Positions 24,301 to 32,598 of a DNA stretch of 54,708 nt are shown here, piece after piece (within the stretch, counting starts at the first letter, position 1; every line of letters begins with the position of its first letter). A program made the translations under genes and the position numbers. Below the pieces are notes generated by a model that was not told the origin of the DNA, searched no databases, and was given only the letters and a program-made list of their open reading frames with translations. The stretch lies in IMG/VR virus record IMGVR_UViG_3300035670_000266, positions 1 to 54,708 of that record. The stretch is one strand, 5' to 3'. This DNA is from a virus (taxonomy: Duplodnaviria > Caudoviricetes).

Positions 24301-26767
24301 AACAAACTTTAGTTTACTTGACGGTGGTGCTACTACAGTATTCTTTGCTTCTAATGCTACGGAATTAAATATAGGTAATTCTGTAGCGTCTGGCGATGAT
24401 CAAGTAATTAACATTGGTACAAATGGTGATTCTCAGATTGTTAATATTGGTACTTCTGTTCCAACTACAGAATTAAATCTTCATAATGGTGGTGACATTG
24501 CCAAAGTCAAGATTGGTACATCTAGCAATGTAGGAACTACTAAAGTTTCTGTTATTGAAATTGGTGGTGCTTATGGTAAAATTTCAAACTCCTTAACCGA
24601 GGGTTCTGTTGTTAAGTTAAGAACTAGATTTACTGAAGTTGATGGAGATCTTACCATCGGCGCTGCTGTTGTCAGTGGAACTGGAGTTGCTTCTTTAGCA
24701 TCACCAGCAGAAAGATTTGATTTATTAACAGTAACTACATCTAGAATTAATTTTGGTAGTGCTGCTAGCAGAATCTCGATGGGTGCCCAGGGTGGATTTA
24801 CTCAAATTAATAACAGCCTTACTGTTAAATCTGCTACTAAATTAGAAGGTGATGCTACTTTATCTGGTGGATTAAACTCTGGTGAATTTGAAGTAACAAG
24901 AGGATCGTTTGGAACAACTGCTACGTCTCATGCTCAAGGAAGTATTGATCTTCCTAATATCGACTTGTTCACCAAACAAGAAATTGGACAATTTATCGAT
25001 CTTGAAGGTGGATCTTATTGGGGTCACACTGGAGTGGAAACTGGTGGCGTTAGTGATAATCGTTATCTTGCTGGTTTAGATACTAATGGTGAACCTCTGT
25101 ATTACTTACCAATCGCTATTCCGAGTAATACGACAGCATTCCAAGTTGGAATGTATATTTTACTCGATCGTTCACAGGAAGCACAATACTGGAATGGCAC
25201 TCAATTTGTTTCAACTCAAGGTAATGCTCCAATTGGCCAACAATATAGTGAATTAGTACAAGTTGTTGAATTAACAAACATCAACAACGTTTCTGATTTG
25301 CCATTAAGAGTGAAAGTCAGAAGAGCTATGAACCAACGTAATTCTGATGGTTCTCGTATTACTGGAACTCCTGCTGGATTGCCTGGTGATGTGACAAATT
25401 CTGGTTATAAGTTTATGAGAACTGATCACCCAGATAATACAGTTCTAATTCGTTATAACTTAGCAGAAAATGTGAGTTTTATTGATGATGTTGGTGGTAT
25501 TCCATCTGCTACTTCTGGAACATCGGCTGATATTAATACTGGAGATTTTTCTGGATCTGTTTTAGTAGGAGACATCTTAAGATTTACAGATTCTGAACTA
25601 GCTTTTATTACTGGCATCAATACTACATCTCCACAAAGATTTGTCATTACTGATGGCAATGATGCGAATCCAGTTGAACAGTTTGTAGTTGACTCTACAA
25701 ATGGTAATACATCAATTCTTGGTGACGTAACGGTATTTAAGAACTTCACTCTTTCTGGATCCACAACTGCTGGATCACAAAAATTAATTATTACAAATGG
25801 TGCTTCTACTCCAATTACTAAATTTGAAGTGGATTCTGCTACTGGCACTGTTTGCTTGAAAGGAGATCTTAAGGCTGGTGGAGATAATTGTGATCGATTA
25901 ACTGTAATTGGTTCTACTGGTAATACGACTTTATTGGGCGGAAACTTTGTAATTAGAAATTCTGATGCTACTGTTGACAAGCTTATTCTCCAGAATAGCA
26001 CTGGCAATCTAACATTAAGTGGAATAATTACCACTCAGGGTGCTGGAACTAGCACAATTGGTGGTCCGCTTAAAGTCAACGGCGGCACATTTACTGTCAA
26101 TAAGATTGATCAATCACCAGAATGGCAGGCAAATACTAATTATCTGAATGGTAGTACAATATTCTTTGGTGATAATATCTATACAGTTGTTACTGTTGGT
26201 GGTGTTGCTTCTGGACTTTCTGGAACAGTTGCTCCTATACACACTTCTGGAACACAAAATAATGGTGCTATTCAATTAACGTTCCTTAAGACTAAATCTG
26301 AAGAGCAAATCTTCCAGATTGAAACTGATGGTTCCATGAACTTTGCTGGTCAGCAAGGATTCTATACACCAACAGGTGCTAGAAAGTGGCAGTTTGTTGG
26401 CGCTGGTGAATCACAATTTGAAGTTGTGTCTAATATCAACTATTTTGTATCACCATCTTCTGACTTGACACTTCTTTTACCACAAAATCCAACTACTGGC
26501 GATATGATTAGAATTGTTGATGTTGGTGGAAATCTAACTTATAATGTTTCATTGAGACTTAGAGCACCAAACGGCATTAGTGTACAAGCAGATAACACAA
26601 ATGCTAATATTCCTAATTTAGCAAGTATAAATTATAATGGTGGTGAACTAGTTGTTCAAACTCCTAATGCTGGATTGGGTCTAATTTATCTTGGTAATAC
26701 AAATTATGATGGTACATCAACAGGTGCTCCATCATCTACACAAGGTTGGTGGTTAGTAGAAATCTAA
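15389..26767 (+). CDS. Giant (3792 aa) virion structural/fibre protein with five phycobiliprotein-like helical repeats, beta-helix-like regions, a possible carbohydrate-binding module and a gp9/gp10-like C-terminus
   Basis: N-terminus YLYVSPDDFNATD...RPFKTIQRA typical of cyanophage giant structural proteins; KCxRDIG(Y/F) repeats; WQANTNY..G....FGDNIY module; LTLLLPQNPTTGDMIRIVD C-terminus. Confidence 0.8.
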   Translation: MALTRLDNLYSSKTGKYLYVSPDDFNATDELDNRGNSPLRPFKTIQRAFIEVARYSFLPAENGQSVPDRFDQFSIMLMPGDHYIDNRPGLVEIDTGKKQRYYDAKTLITANRQEIIDRAFAQIAIDYNEVLWGANWVVPGDPAVQDKNRYYDSYRLIQKNRDYIRDRATAEVAIQFPDFYFPDEPETDTASRFADAYRLIQQNRQNIIDSAFANTALTYPAVGSVGDKCKRDIGYFIDHTTLDLFFGGNKYTREFVLQYFDANGNQITNGLQGEETQSNYAFNAAKAFMKAALTNQSSVVVNGTTYNIASWTKDLTITADPLTGSNTSAASCANVQTTLDNLTTIVTDVFLAGNLSSLPPVNTGNASVGKLKCARDIGFYIDAISLDIAQGGGNVYTRKYIKNYFNPAGTAWIDDGLQGEEVQSLVAFNFAKNLMKQAVSNQLGYKDLSLTHNTSNPGTYNGDNYDPASCANVKTTIDNLAGIVQTFFTQGTLDNFVAETVADTEPGESKCKRDIGYIVDAVAADLANGGNGSIIAAAKAYFNKNGTPISNGLVGEEAQSIVAFNAARDMMKKAVTNQLYSKDLTILAGPAEYIGYETNEPIVPNLPSGNAATCIDVQASIDTLVGIITTVINDGNLDSLTNVQITGDIPVFNFNRALQEWQDNSILDLSNPDNVLYKFNSSTGGCIVPRGCSLIGYDLRRTIVRPLYVPDPADGTQERTSIFNLTGGCYIWQFTIKDGDLSSNSPLFDSTANVGKVYFQKGNNSQLAIPEYSHHKITIMTYADQDDLDLYYQKVATAFALFQPTIDDGDFEALPQENRIVGPLSDTRSISKIRLKGQTAGGKTTIEATTKVAHGYFKEQYVAIIDTGLNDGLNGTFKITAISDNPKIFEYEVDLTPQQLGLDINETGYTIPDLSLNARAQAEIDSVESASPYVFNCSIRSTWGICGMWADGSKATGFKSMVVAQYTGVSLQKDDRAFIRYDEFSNTWNQASLTDAFATVAYHTKGDAYWKDDWRNFHIRASDDSFIQCVSVFAVGFFDHFLMESGGDMSITNSNSNFGNTSLHSIGYKGFSFNQDKGGYITDIIPVKKVDTSAFNELELKYYPLSNQATKVNGNQTKLYYSGDDVYSPFEKPATSIDGYRLGALTNDKLFLKLPKLGGGTDIYEATVSPSGFEQYKVSLETLNPDGVQINNLAQDASNLIEANKEFIQSEAYKYIITKYPALQTNTNITISKCERDIGYIVDAVIQDLRLGGNINTIQAAEGYYVGGTLAYIDGELNESIEAYEYVKNLCIAAMRNFDYLIRDCQTTNGSAIINVGNTQGLLVGMRVTQYDYNTTNFTNGRLNRGTAVPTTINPSIPTGAYVRRVIDSEKIEIGNSAPVLTETNGILSATFGNAITANLTSTSGVYLHFEFSQTASISDSNDVLVGGFSSVNPVRDSSVLQDTTAWSPTGADGYPECASIAATIEEYFTNFFLILNNGLTPLGGKEVDASNLILANKEFIAAEAVDRMLANNPGFSVPGGSQNCIDDVIDVLETYAYNIKFGGNDKVYDAARIYVLQPGLLAGERTQSVEVYTEARDLATSVMRNQPIIIEGSHGLTQTFDNNVIGETSNQAGVYNYANDCVSVAQTLTTFTAIITQAIGTEANPGNLTGITRTEPTFNVVTRVEPVVDTANLATRATLFTVNTGASTSDPHLFETGTPVRLVPKIRDGVDPATVDKRVIRLPKGFDTNTIYYVIAPGRRTEPEDYSDGATYPNVFTKNQTTKLMLATTKENAAAGIYMYSPETDSVDFNVQIELHQFVLDESYDLHQYLCNFPTGQTNVIQTDVPHIFDVPGTQAHVQKIFFRTFGESSTLPQFTDGSSVNPNQYYYARFVTPKTFAVYLTAADAVNGSLSVTFANGFGQNFYVFADKRVSPVRFDATRDDSALPEDDRETTTGQWYIQTTDDYDPAVNIQARMNQIGADLKDARSKNTTFKRLKDDRTAQDRIYRLRYVIPKYADGVRDPLNGFVLKARTDETRKLLPQKIVLKPVSSGIASVALFEVETQLAQGGTINQQLGLPASELNSSFDYDPYNVDQVKIIPSDRTESKVSFTIQSARKVTISSTEYLELTVFDLGITSDSVRNEQFVTVKINAPQGGSFRINSSVSNELNKVTWNGFSSGFAYIQGYFNPDGTDEHYLVLKGLDEDVISYNRNSSTVFSQPVLNVDNDPVLDSNGNQVLIYATLQAKPNSVGSPNNTLSKSDRKDYLYSDKNANVLTMTPGDKIIDDDGNQYEIASVVDAGEIEDTFYIFDIEEVKRRIPNQQEGIYYLTCVKGNVSPYPTGPGVGTNFRNFRFSQPIGQLYPLDYKNDPLWFQVRPDGTRDTSILDTPATVCAADNFIHGLVTTNDYKNSETKEVILDFIENPALNRYDYVTNAIEAQSGNAASGSEDRLIPICGDSPYPTERRLYVELRRPSIARSGNHTFEYLGFGPGNYSTGFPLRQEVVLRDIQDFYAQAKREDGGIVFYTGLNSNGDLYIGNRKINAITGEETFLERAELLASDDDEGDIGGLVTTFELPVAFEQEITVDGDALFNNPVTINVDDDEPNAFTVISNVDSNAGGDLSLDSSAFSRSIIASQGNVVIHQNQIWSAVYRLNPRGNTLLSGQDYSIRTAVDNTAGNTPTNQTPNQTNSNLGYAVAYGNQQPTAGDIILKGEQVDRSGSLGWIYANFYDPVTASIESSTALGGSTVQFNTVTGTSVSSLGIVVNTIIKIEGMTGRYLNLNGLRKVTEVSGSFFKVNAPVLIEVSAVDDPQAIGSGVVISVARNSWKEVGVVGSEVFRTYTDIPGKYAVGINTIARAAHADKDTAFISTVTYPRATLDVVGTMFISGKTLSDTNFTNNSTLSQRTFNVEDNAVLIGGDSLLPNTTATLRVATSNGTQSNGSPRLYTGGRLGLNVSESNMNHTLTVVGDMRLTEDATFEENLAVNGGSLSTTSTNFSLLDGGATTVFFASNATELNIGNSVASGDDQVINIGTNGDSQIVNIGTSVPTTELNLHNGGDIAKVKIGTSSNVGTTKVSVIEIGGAYGKISNSLTEGSVVKLRTRFTEVDGDLTIGAAVVSGTGVASLASPAERFDLLTVTTSRINFGSAASRISMGAQGGFTQINNSLTVKSATKLEGDATLSGGLNSGEFEVTRGSFGTTATSHAQGSIDLPNIDLFTKQEIGQFIDLEGGSYWGHTGVETGGVSDNRYLAGLDTNGEPLYYLPIAIPSNTTAFQVGMYILLDRSQEAQYWNGTQFVSTQGNAPIGQQYSELVQVVELTNINNVSDLPLRVKVRRAMNQRNSDGSRITGTPAGLPGDVTNSGYKFMRTDHPDNTVLIRYNLAENVSFIDDVGGIPSATSGTSADINTGDFSGSVLVGDILRFTDSELAFITGINTTSPQRFVITDGNDANPVEQFVVDSTNGNTSILGDVTVFKNFTLSGSTTAGSQKLIITNGASTPITKFEVDSATGTVCLKGDLKAGGDNCDRLTVIGSTGNTTLLGGNFVIRNSDATVDKLILQNSTGNLTLSGIITTQGAGTSTIGGPLKVNGGTFTVNKIDQSPEWQANTNYLNGSTIFFGDNIYTVVTVGGVASGLSGTVAPIHTSGTQNNGAIQLTFLKTKSEEQIFQIETDGSMNFAGQQGFYTPTGARKWQFVGAGESQFEVVSNINYFVSPSSDLTLLLPQNPTTGDMIRIVDVGGNLTYNVSLRLRAPNGISVQADNTNANIPNLASINYNGGELVVQTPNAGLGLIYLGNTNYDGTSTGAPSSTQGWWLVEI

Positions 26768-26768
26768 T

Positions 26769-28493
26769 ATGGCAGGATATAACGTAACAAAATCACAAAG
26801 AGCACTCCCCGTTGGATCTGTACAACCATGGGGAGGTAATCTTTCGGAGATTCCTAATGGATGGTTGTTATGTAATGGAGCAGAAATTAATGCTGGTGAT
26901 TATCCATTATTAGCTCGTATAATTAGAGATAGTTATGGCGGAACTGGATTTGAAGGAAATTTTCCAAATTATAGTGGAACTATTAGATTGCCACAAACTA
27001 ATAATAAAGCTATAGCAGATATATCAACAAATTATTTTGGTGCTTATAATTCAACAACAGGAACTGTACCATCACCAATTGATAATGAAGAAGCATTAAC
27101 TGTAGTTGAAGAATTTATTGGAGACTCTGTTCCAGGATTTGAACCAGGAGATCTTTCTCCTCCCACAGTTGTTAATGCTAAAACTGATTTGAATTTTACA
27201 TATACCCCAGATCCTCAGGGAACAATTGTTAATTTAACAACAACTGGCACAGCTCCTACTGTTGCTTTGACTAAAATATATAAAAATGTCACAGCAGTAA
27301 ATGGAACTAATTCTCAAACTGGTCTTGTTGTTACTGGATCTGGAGCAGAATTTACAGTTGTCTTGAATACTGATAATACGTATGATGTTGTTACGAAAGT
27401 AAAAGGTTCTGGATATAAAGTTTCTGATAGATTAACAATATCGGGGACAACATTTGCTGCTGATGGTGGAGCATCTCCAACTAATAATATAGAAATTACT
27501 ATTACACAGATTGGTAATTCATTTTTTACTGGAACTATTGCGGGGCAAAGTTTAATTCCAGGATTTAGTATTAAAGAAGTTTATATTGTTCCTAGAAAAT
27601 TAGGTAGATTGCATTTTCCTCAGCATATTCACGAGGATCAATATTCTAGTATTAATACAGGAGATAACGGAGAAAATCCTGGTCGTGGATCAACTGTTTG
27701 GTTAACTCCAGAAGTTAATATGAGAGAACACTATAATAGAGTTCATCCTTGCCCAGATGGTATTTTTACTATTATTAACCCATGCCCTAGACCTGGAAGC
27801 GGAATTTTACAATGTGCTGGTGACCCAACTACAGGATTTTACATTGGTAATTCTCCAACACAAACTATTACTGCTTTCAATACTTCCCCATTTCAACCTG
27901 GAGTCGGAAGATTTGCTATTGCTAGTATAGCTGGTAGTAAACCAATTAACGATCATAGACCATATTTAACTGAAGCTGCTGGCCATGGCGTAGCAAAAAC
28001 GTGGTTTATTGGATCTGGATCTAGATTTAATTTGAGAGACAAAGCAGCTGCTACTTCATCTGGATCTACCGCTAATAAAGATGGATCTGCTGGACAAAAA
28101 TTGGCAGCACTAAAACAGGACGGAAGAATATATCCAGGATATACAATACCATTTTCTGATTCTGCTACTACAGTAAAATCACCAAACTTTGATGATGGCA
28201 CCAATGGATCGGATAATACGCATGGTTATACTAAAACTTTGTTTAATCACGCTGGAGTTAAATTTACAAACGAAACCCAAACTGGCGGCGGTGTTCTTGA
28301 TTTAATTGAACCACATGATCATGATGGTACTATGAATATTAAATATGATGGTACTAATTTAGAAGTTACTGAAGAACTTGCTGTTCAAGTTCAACCAAAC
28401 GTTGTTCCAGATTCTCTTACTGGAGCTTTACAAGTTAAATTTATAACGACAGTTCCATCTTTGTCAATAACAAATTTAATTAGAGCTTATTAA
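26769..28493 (+). CDS. Tail collar-domain fibre protein (gp12-like short fibre)
   Basis: PVGSVQPWGG...IPNGWLLCNG...YPLL collar motif; HxH motifs (PQHIH, PHDH); C-terminal LIRAY. Confidence 0.8.
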   Translation: MAGYNVTKSQRALPVGSVQPWGGNLSEIPNGWLLCNGAEINAGDYPLLARIIRDSYGGTGFEGNFPNYSGTIRLPQTNNKAIADISTNYFGAYNSTTGTVPSPIDNEEALTVVEEFIGDSVPGFEPGDLSPPTVVNAKTDLNFTYTPDPQGTIVNLTTTGTAPTVALTKIYKNVTAVNGTNSQTGLVVTGSGAEFTVVLNTDNTYDVVTKVKGSGYKVSDRLTISGTTFAADGGASPTNNIEITITQIGNSFFTGTIAGQSLIPGFSIKEVYIVPRKLGRLHFPQHIHEDQYSSINTGDNGENPGRGSTVWLTPEVNMREHYNRVHPCPDGIFTIINPCPRPGSGILQCAGDPTTGFYIGNSPTQTITAFNTSPFQPGVGRFAIASIAGSKPINDHRPYLTEAAGHGVAKTWFIGSGSRFNLRDKAAATSSGSTANKDGSAGQKLAALKQDGRIYPGYTIPFSDSATTVKSPNFDDGTNGSDNTHGYTKTLFNHAGVKFTNETQTGGGVLDLIEPHDHDGTMNIKYDGTNLEVTEELAVQVQPNVVPDSLTGALQVKFITTVPSLSITNLIRAY

Positions 28494-28495
28494 CA

Positions 28496-29389
28496 ATGAC
28501 AGTCTATTACACAAAGGAAAAAGCAAAATTTGGTGGCGTTAGTGGTACTATAATACCATATGTGAAAAAAATGCCAACAAGCAATGATCCTGGAGTAGGT
28601 GAGTGGAAAGAATTTCTTCCAGCTGGATTTTTGAGATGTAATGGCGAAATTTTTAAAGCAGTTGAATATCCTGTTCTGGCAAGTATTTTAGGTGTTGGTG
28701 ATGATTGTAAATTTAAAAAAGATGATCAAGAACTAGCAGCAGATGAATTTCAATTGCCAGATTTGGGGTCAAAATATGTGCTTGGTGGTAATTCTTCTGG
28801 TGCTTATTTAAATACTAGAGTATTGAATGAAGAAGGAAATAATCAATACAGAGTTGGGTGTGAAATTGAAGTAACTTCTCTTGTTGGCACATCAAAAGAA
28901 ATTTCTTATGGCGGAACTTTTACTGTTGTTGGGCAAGGAGAAATATCTTTTATCGGTAACCCGACCTTTACAACAACCACCAGCGATGGTAAAACATTAA
29001 ATGCTTTTCTGGGCGAGCAAAATTTCCAAGCACATGGTCATGAAGCTGATGTTGGTGTCTTTTCTTACTTGGGAAAATGGACAGATTCGGCTTTTATTGA
29101 TTCTGCTGCTTCTAACGGTGCTAATGATGGGCAAAATGAAGGATCTAATGAGTTAATTACGATCGATGCTCCAACGGGATCATCTGCTGTAGTTTCTCAT
29201 GGTCATTTAATAAATTTCCCAAATACCGCTACAATTACCACCAATAATCAGCTGAGATATTCTTTTGAGGATTTTCCAGTTGATGCTTTTGGATTGAAAT
29301 CTACGGTTACTATCACTACAAATAATATATTTAAATTAGATGAAGCAACTCCGCCATATATTTTAGTAGAATATTTAATTAAAATTTAA
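28496..29389 (+). CDS. Tail collar-domain protein
   Basis: PAGFLRCNG....AVEYPVLA...FQLPDL; HGH x2; C-terminal PPYILVEYLIKI. Confidence 0.8.
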   Translation: MTVYYTKEKAKFGGVSGTIIPYVKKMPTSNDPGVGEWKEFLPAGFLRCNGEIFKAVEYPVLASILGVGDDCKFKKDDQELAADEFQLPDLGSKYVLGGNSSGAYLNTRVLNEEGNNQYRVGCEIEVTSLVGTSKEISYGGTFTVVGQGEISFIGNPTFTTTTSDGKTLNAFLGEQNFQAHGHEADVGVFSYLGKWTDSAFIDSAASNGANDGQNEGSNELITIDAPTGSSAVVSHGHLINFPNTATITTNNQLRYSFEDFPVDAFGLKSTVTITTNNIFKLDEATPPYILVEYLIKI

Positions 29390-29397
29390 TTAAAATA

Positions 29398-31290
29398 ATG
29401 GGATTATTTTATAGAGAAGATGGAGCTTCTGGTACTTGGACTAGACCATCAAACGTAAAAAAAGTTTATGCTTTTGGTATTGGTGGTGGTGGACCTTCTG
29501 ACGGAGCTAGTTATTCGGGCGGCGGTGGTGGATATGGATGGTTAGTTCCAGATGTTTCTTCATCTTCGACATTAACTGTTCAATCTGGTGTTTTTGGATC
29601 TATATGTTATACTGTTGTTGGTATAACTTGTCAAGCTAGAGATGGTGGAGACAGCACTGTCACTTGGAATGGTGGTTCTGTTACTGGATTTGGTGGAAGG
29701 GGATCTTTTGTTAGCACTGGACCTTTTCAGTATAGTGGATATAGTCAATATCCTTCTGGCGGTGGTCATACGGGAAATGGCAATAATGGTAGAGATGGGC
29801 GCCCAGGAAATCGAGCTGGAATTACTGGAGGTGATGTTGGCGCAGGAGAAGATGATTGGTCGGCTTCTAATCATCCTGGCGGCGGCGGCGCTGGAGGAAG
29901 AACTGTAATTGGTGATAATGGTAGATCAGCTCATGAAAATCTTCCTCCAGAAATTGCTGCTCAATATCCTCCGTGTCCATTTGAAGGATTAGGACCATAT
30001 ATAATCGGATATGGTGATAGTGATGGCACTCCAATTGTTCAATGTGGATATCTATGCGGATCTGAAGGTGGTCAAGGAGTAAGCTTATTAGGAAATTCCG
30101 TTACTTCTGGAAGTAGTTCTATAGGAATTTGTGGTGCTGGATATGGCACCACTAGTGGCGGCAATGCTATTGGCGGTGGATATGGTGGCGGCGGAGGATT
30201 GGATGTAAGTTACTATGGATGTCGTGGTGGCCCAGGCGCTGCTGGAATTGCTTGGGTTGATATAAATTCTGTTTCAAAAACTACATTAACTCCAGGAGAA
30301 ACTGCCACAGTATCTTGGAGTTCTCCATTTGGATCTGGAACTTCTGTTGCTGGACCTTTTACAAATACTACTGAAGGTAATATAACTGTAGAATATGATG
30401 TCACAGATCCAATCGGTGCTCAATCTACAGTAACTTTTACTATATTAGCGCCGACAAAAATTACCAATTTTACATATAATCCTAGTCCACAAAATAGTTC
30501 TACTGGTACACCTCAATATTCTGTACAGTTATTTTGGAGTGTTACAGGAGGAAATGGTTCTTTTACACACACAATAACTAATTTATCTACAGGTCAAGTT
30601 TATAATAATGTTTCTAGTGGAATGACTTTATCTGGTCTTCCTCAATCAAATGCTAATGGAAATTCTCCAGCATCTGTTAATGTTAAATTGACATCAACAG
30701 ATGGTTCTACGAGTGATGAAGAAACCATAACTATTCAAGTTCGTAATGATAATACTCCTTCAAATTCTTGGACTGCATCTTTTATTAATTTAGAACCATC
30801 AACAGAATATTCATTGTCATTGGGGCAACTTGAGGGAGTTGATATGCCAACGATAGCTTCTGCAGCTGGAGATGGAAATTTTGTTGGCAAATCTGTCAAT
30901 GGACCATTTGGAAATCCATTAATTTTCAATAATGGTGAAGGTGTATTTTTAAAATTTACATCAATGCCATTTAATACAACTGTTCCTTCCTCTGGGACAT
31001 TTGGATTTACAAATAGTAAAACTATATCCGTAACTATAGGATCTCAAGCTTTTAATGTAACGGTAACTACACGGGCACCAAGAGTTGCTGAAGATTTTAA
31101 TTACTTTGATAAAGAGGGCGAATATCCATATCAAGATATTGATCTTATATCTAACAACCCAACTCAATATTTAACAACTGCCAATGTCGTAACAAATGAC
31201 ATTGAAATACCCGTGGAGATTAAAGCATCTGATCCAGGTGTACAGGTAAATATAAATGGATCTGGGTGGCAAAATGTGAGGAGTATATAA
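29398..31290 (+). CDS. Gly-rich tail-associated protein, paralog 1 of 3
   Basis: Gly-rich N-terminal domain; shared C-terminal module NDNTP..W..SF.NLEP...GVDMPT...AEDFNY...ING.GW.NVRSI. Confidence 0.75.
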   Translation: MGLFYREDGASGTWTRPSNVKKVYAFGIGGGGPSDGASYSGGGGGYGWLVPDVSSSSTLTVQSGVFGSICYTVVGITCQARDGGDSTVTWNGGSVTGFGGRGSFVSTGPFQYSGYSQYPSGGGHTGNGNNGRDGRPGNRAGITGGDVGAGEDDWSASNHPGGGGAGGRTVIGDNGRSAHENLPPEIAAQYPPCPFEGLGPYIIGYGDSDGTPIVQCGYLCGSEGGQGVSLLGNSVTSGSSSIGICGAGYGTTSGGNAIGGGYGGGGGLDVSYYGCRGGPGAAGIAWVDINSVSKTTLTPGETATVSWSSPFGSGTSVAGPFTNTTEGNITVEYDVTDPIGAQSTVTFTILAPTKITNFTYNPSPQNSSTGTPQYSVQLFWSVTGGNGSFTHTITNLSTGQVYNNVSSGMTLSGLPQSNANGNSPASVNVKLTSTDGSTSDEETITIQVRNDNTPSNSWTASFINLEPSTEYSLSLGQLEGVDMPTIASAAGDGNFVGKSVNGPFGNPLIFNNGEGVFLKFTSMPFNTTVPSSGTFGFTNSKTISVTIGSQAFNVTVTTRAPRVAEDFNYFDKEGEYPYQDIDLISNNPTQYLTTANVVTNDIEIPVEIKASDPGVQVNINGSGWQNVRSI

Positions 31291-32598
31291 ATGCCATTAC
31301 CTCCCGTAGTATCTGTTAATTGGACATTATCTCAATCTGGAGTTGGATCTCCATATGGTTGGAATATTTCAAATAGTGGTAATACAATAAGATTTGATGT
31401 TCAAGATTCTGCCAATTGTGGTGGACCAAATAGTAATATTCAAAGTGGAACTGCTTCTGCTGTACTAACCGCTCAAGCAAGATTTAATATGCTTGTTTCA
31501 TTAACTGGTCTTGGGGAAACACAAGATTCTGGATATGAAAATATGACTCTTAGATATAATGGAACAAATATTATTACTGCCACATCTCCAGGTGGACAAC
31601 AAGGATGTGCTGCTGGAGGCCCAGTATTACAGACAATTTTAGTTCCAGGACCATATTTTATACCAAAAAATAGTAGTAATACGTTTGAATTATCATTTAC
31701 CACATTAGATAATTTATTTCATATCGGATGTTTTTACCAATGTAATTTAACATTTCAATTATTAGATCCTCCAGAAATAATTAGTTTTAGTGCCAATCCA
31801 AATCCACAAACAAATTCTAATGGTACGCCTACGTCTGATACTATTTTAACGTGGGCTACTTTTGGCGCCGAAACTCTTTCTATAAATCAGGGAGTTGGTG
31901 ATTTATCTACTGCTTCTGGAAATACGGGGGTTATTAGTGCTGGTATACAATCGATTGTGGGATCTTTATCTCCAGCACAAAAAACTTATACGTTGACAGC
32001 TACCAACACTGCTGGATCTGTTACACAAGATGTTACAGTTTCTGTTTTTAATGACAACACACCGTCAACTTCTTGGACTACTTCATTTAGTAATTTAGAA
32101 CCCAATACTGAATATCAATTGTCTTTGGGACAACTTCAGGGGGTAGATATGCCTACTGTAGGATCTACTTCCGCGTCTGGATCTTCTCTTAGCAATGGAG
32201 TTGGGGGAATATTTTCAAATCCAAAAACATTTACCAGTGGCAATAATGTTGTATTGAAATTTACTACTCTTCCTTTTAATACTGACATATCTGGAGAAAC
32301 TGGAATTTATGGAAAAACAAATAGTAAAATAATTCCAGTAACTATAGGAACTCAAACTTTTAATGTGACAGTAACTACAAAGGCGCCAAGAATAGCAGAA
32401 GACTTTAATTATCCTAATAGAGTAGTTGAATATCCTTTTGAAGATATTGATCTAATTAATAATTCTCCTACAAATTATATTAACAGTGGCACTATAGTTA
32501 CCGATGACATTGATATTCCTGTTGAAATAAAAGTGTCTGACCCGAATTTAGAGGTAAATATTAATGGAACTGGTTGGAAAAACGTGAGGAGTATCTAA
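31291..32598 (+). CDS. Tail-associated protein, paralog 2 of 3
   Basis: Distinct beta-rich N-terminus; same C-terminal module. Confidence 0.75.
   Translation: MPLPPVVSVNWTLSQSGVGSPYGWNISNSGNTIRFDVQDSANCGGPNSNIQSGTASAVLTAQARFNMLVSLTGLGETQDSGYENMTLRYNGTNIITATSPGGQQGCAAGGPVLQTILVPGPYFIPKNSSNTFELSFTTLDNLFHIGCFYQCNLTFQLLDPPEIISFSANPNPQTNSNGTPTSDTILTWATFGAETLSINQGVGDLSTASGNTGVISAGIQSIVGSLSPAQKTYTLTATNTAGSVTQDVTVSVFNDNTPSTSWTTSFSNLEPNTEYQLSLGQLQGVDMPTVGSTSASGSSLSNGVGGIFSNPKTFTSGNNVVLKFTTLPFNTDISGETGIYGKTNSKIIPVTIGTQTFNVTVTTKAPRIAEDFNYPNRVVEYPFEDIDLINNSPTNYINSGTIVTDDIDIPVEIKVSDPNLEVNINGTGWKNVRSI

Noticed and set aside
25453-26034. 193-aa minus-strand ORF and many other short antisense ORFs within structural genes
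   Set aside because: Shadow frames of long, codon-biased plus-strand genes with no independent signals.
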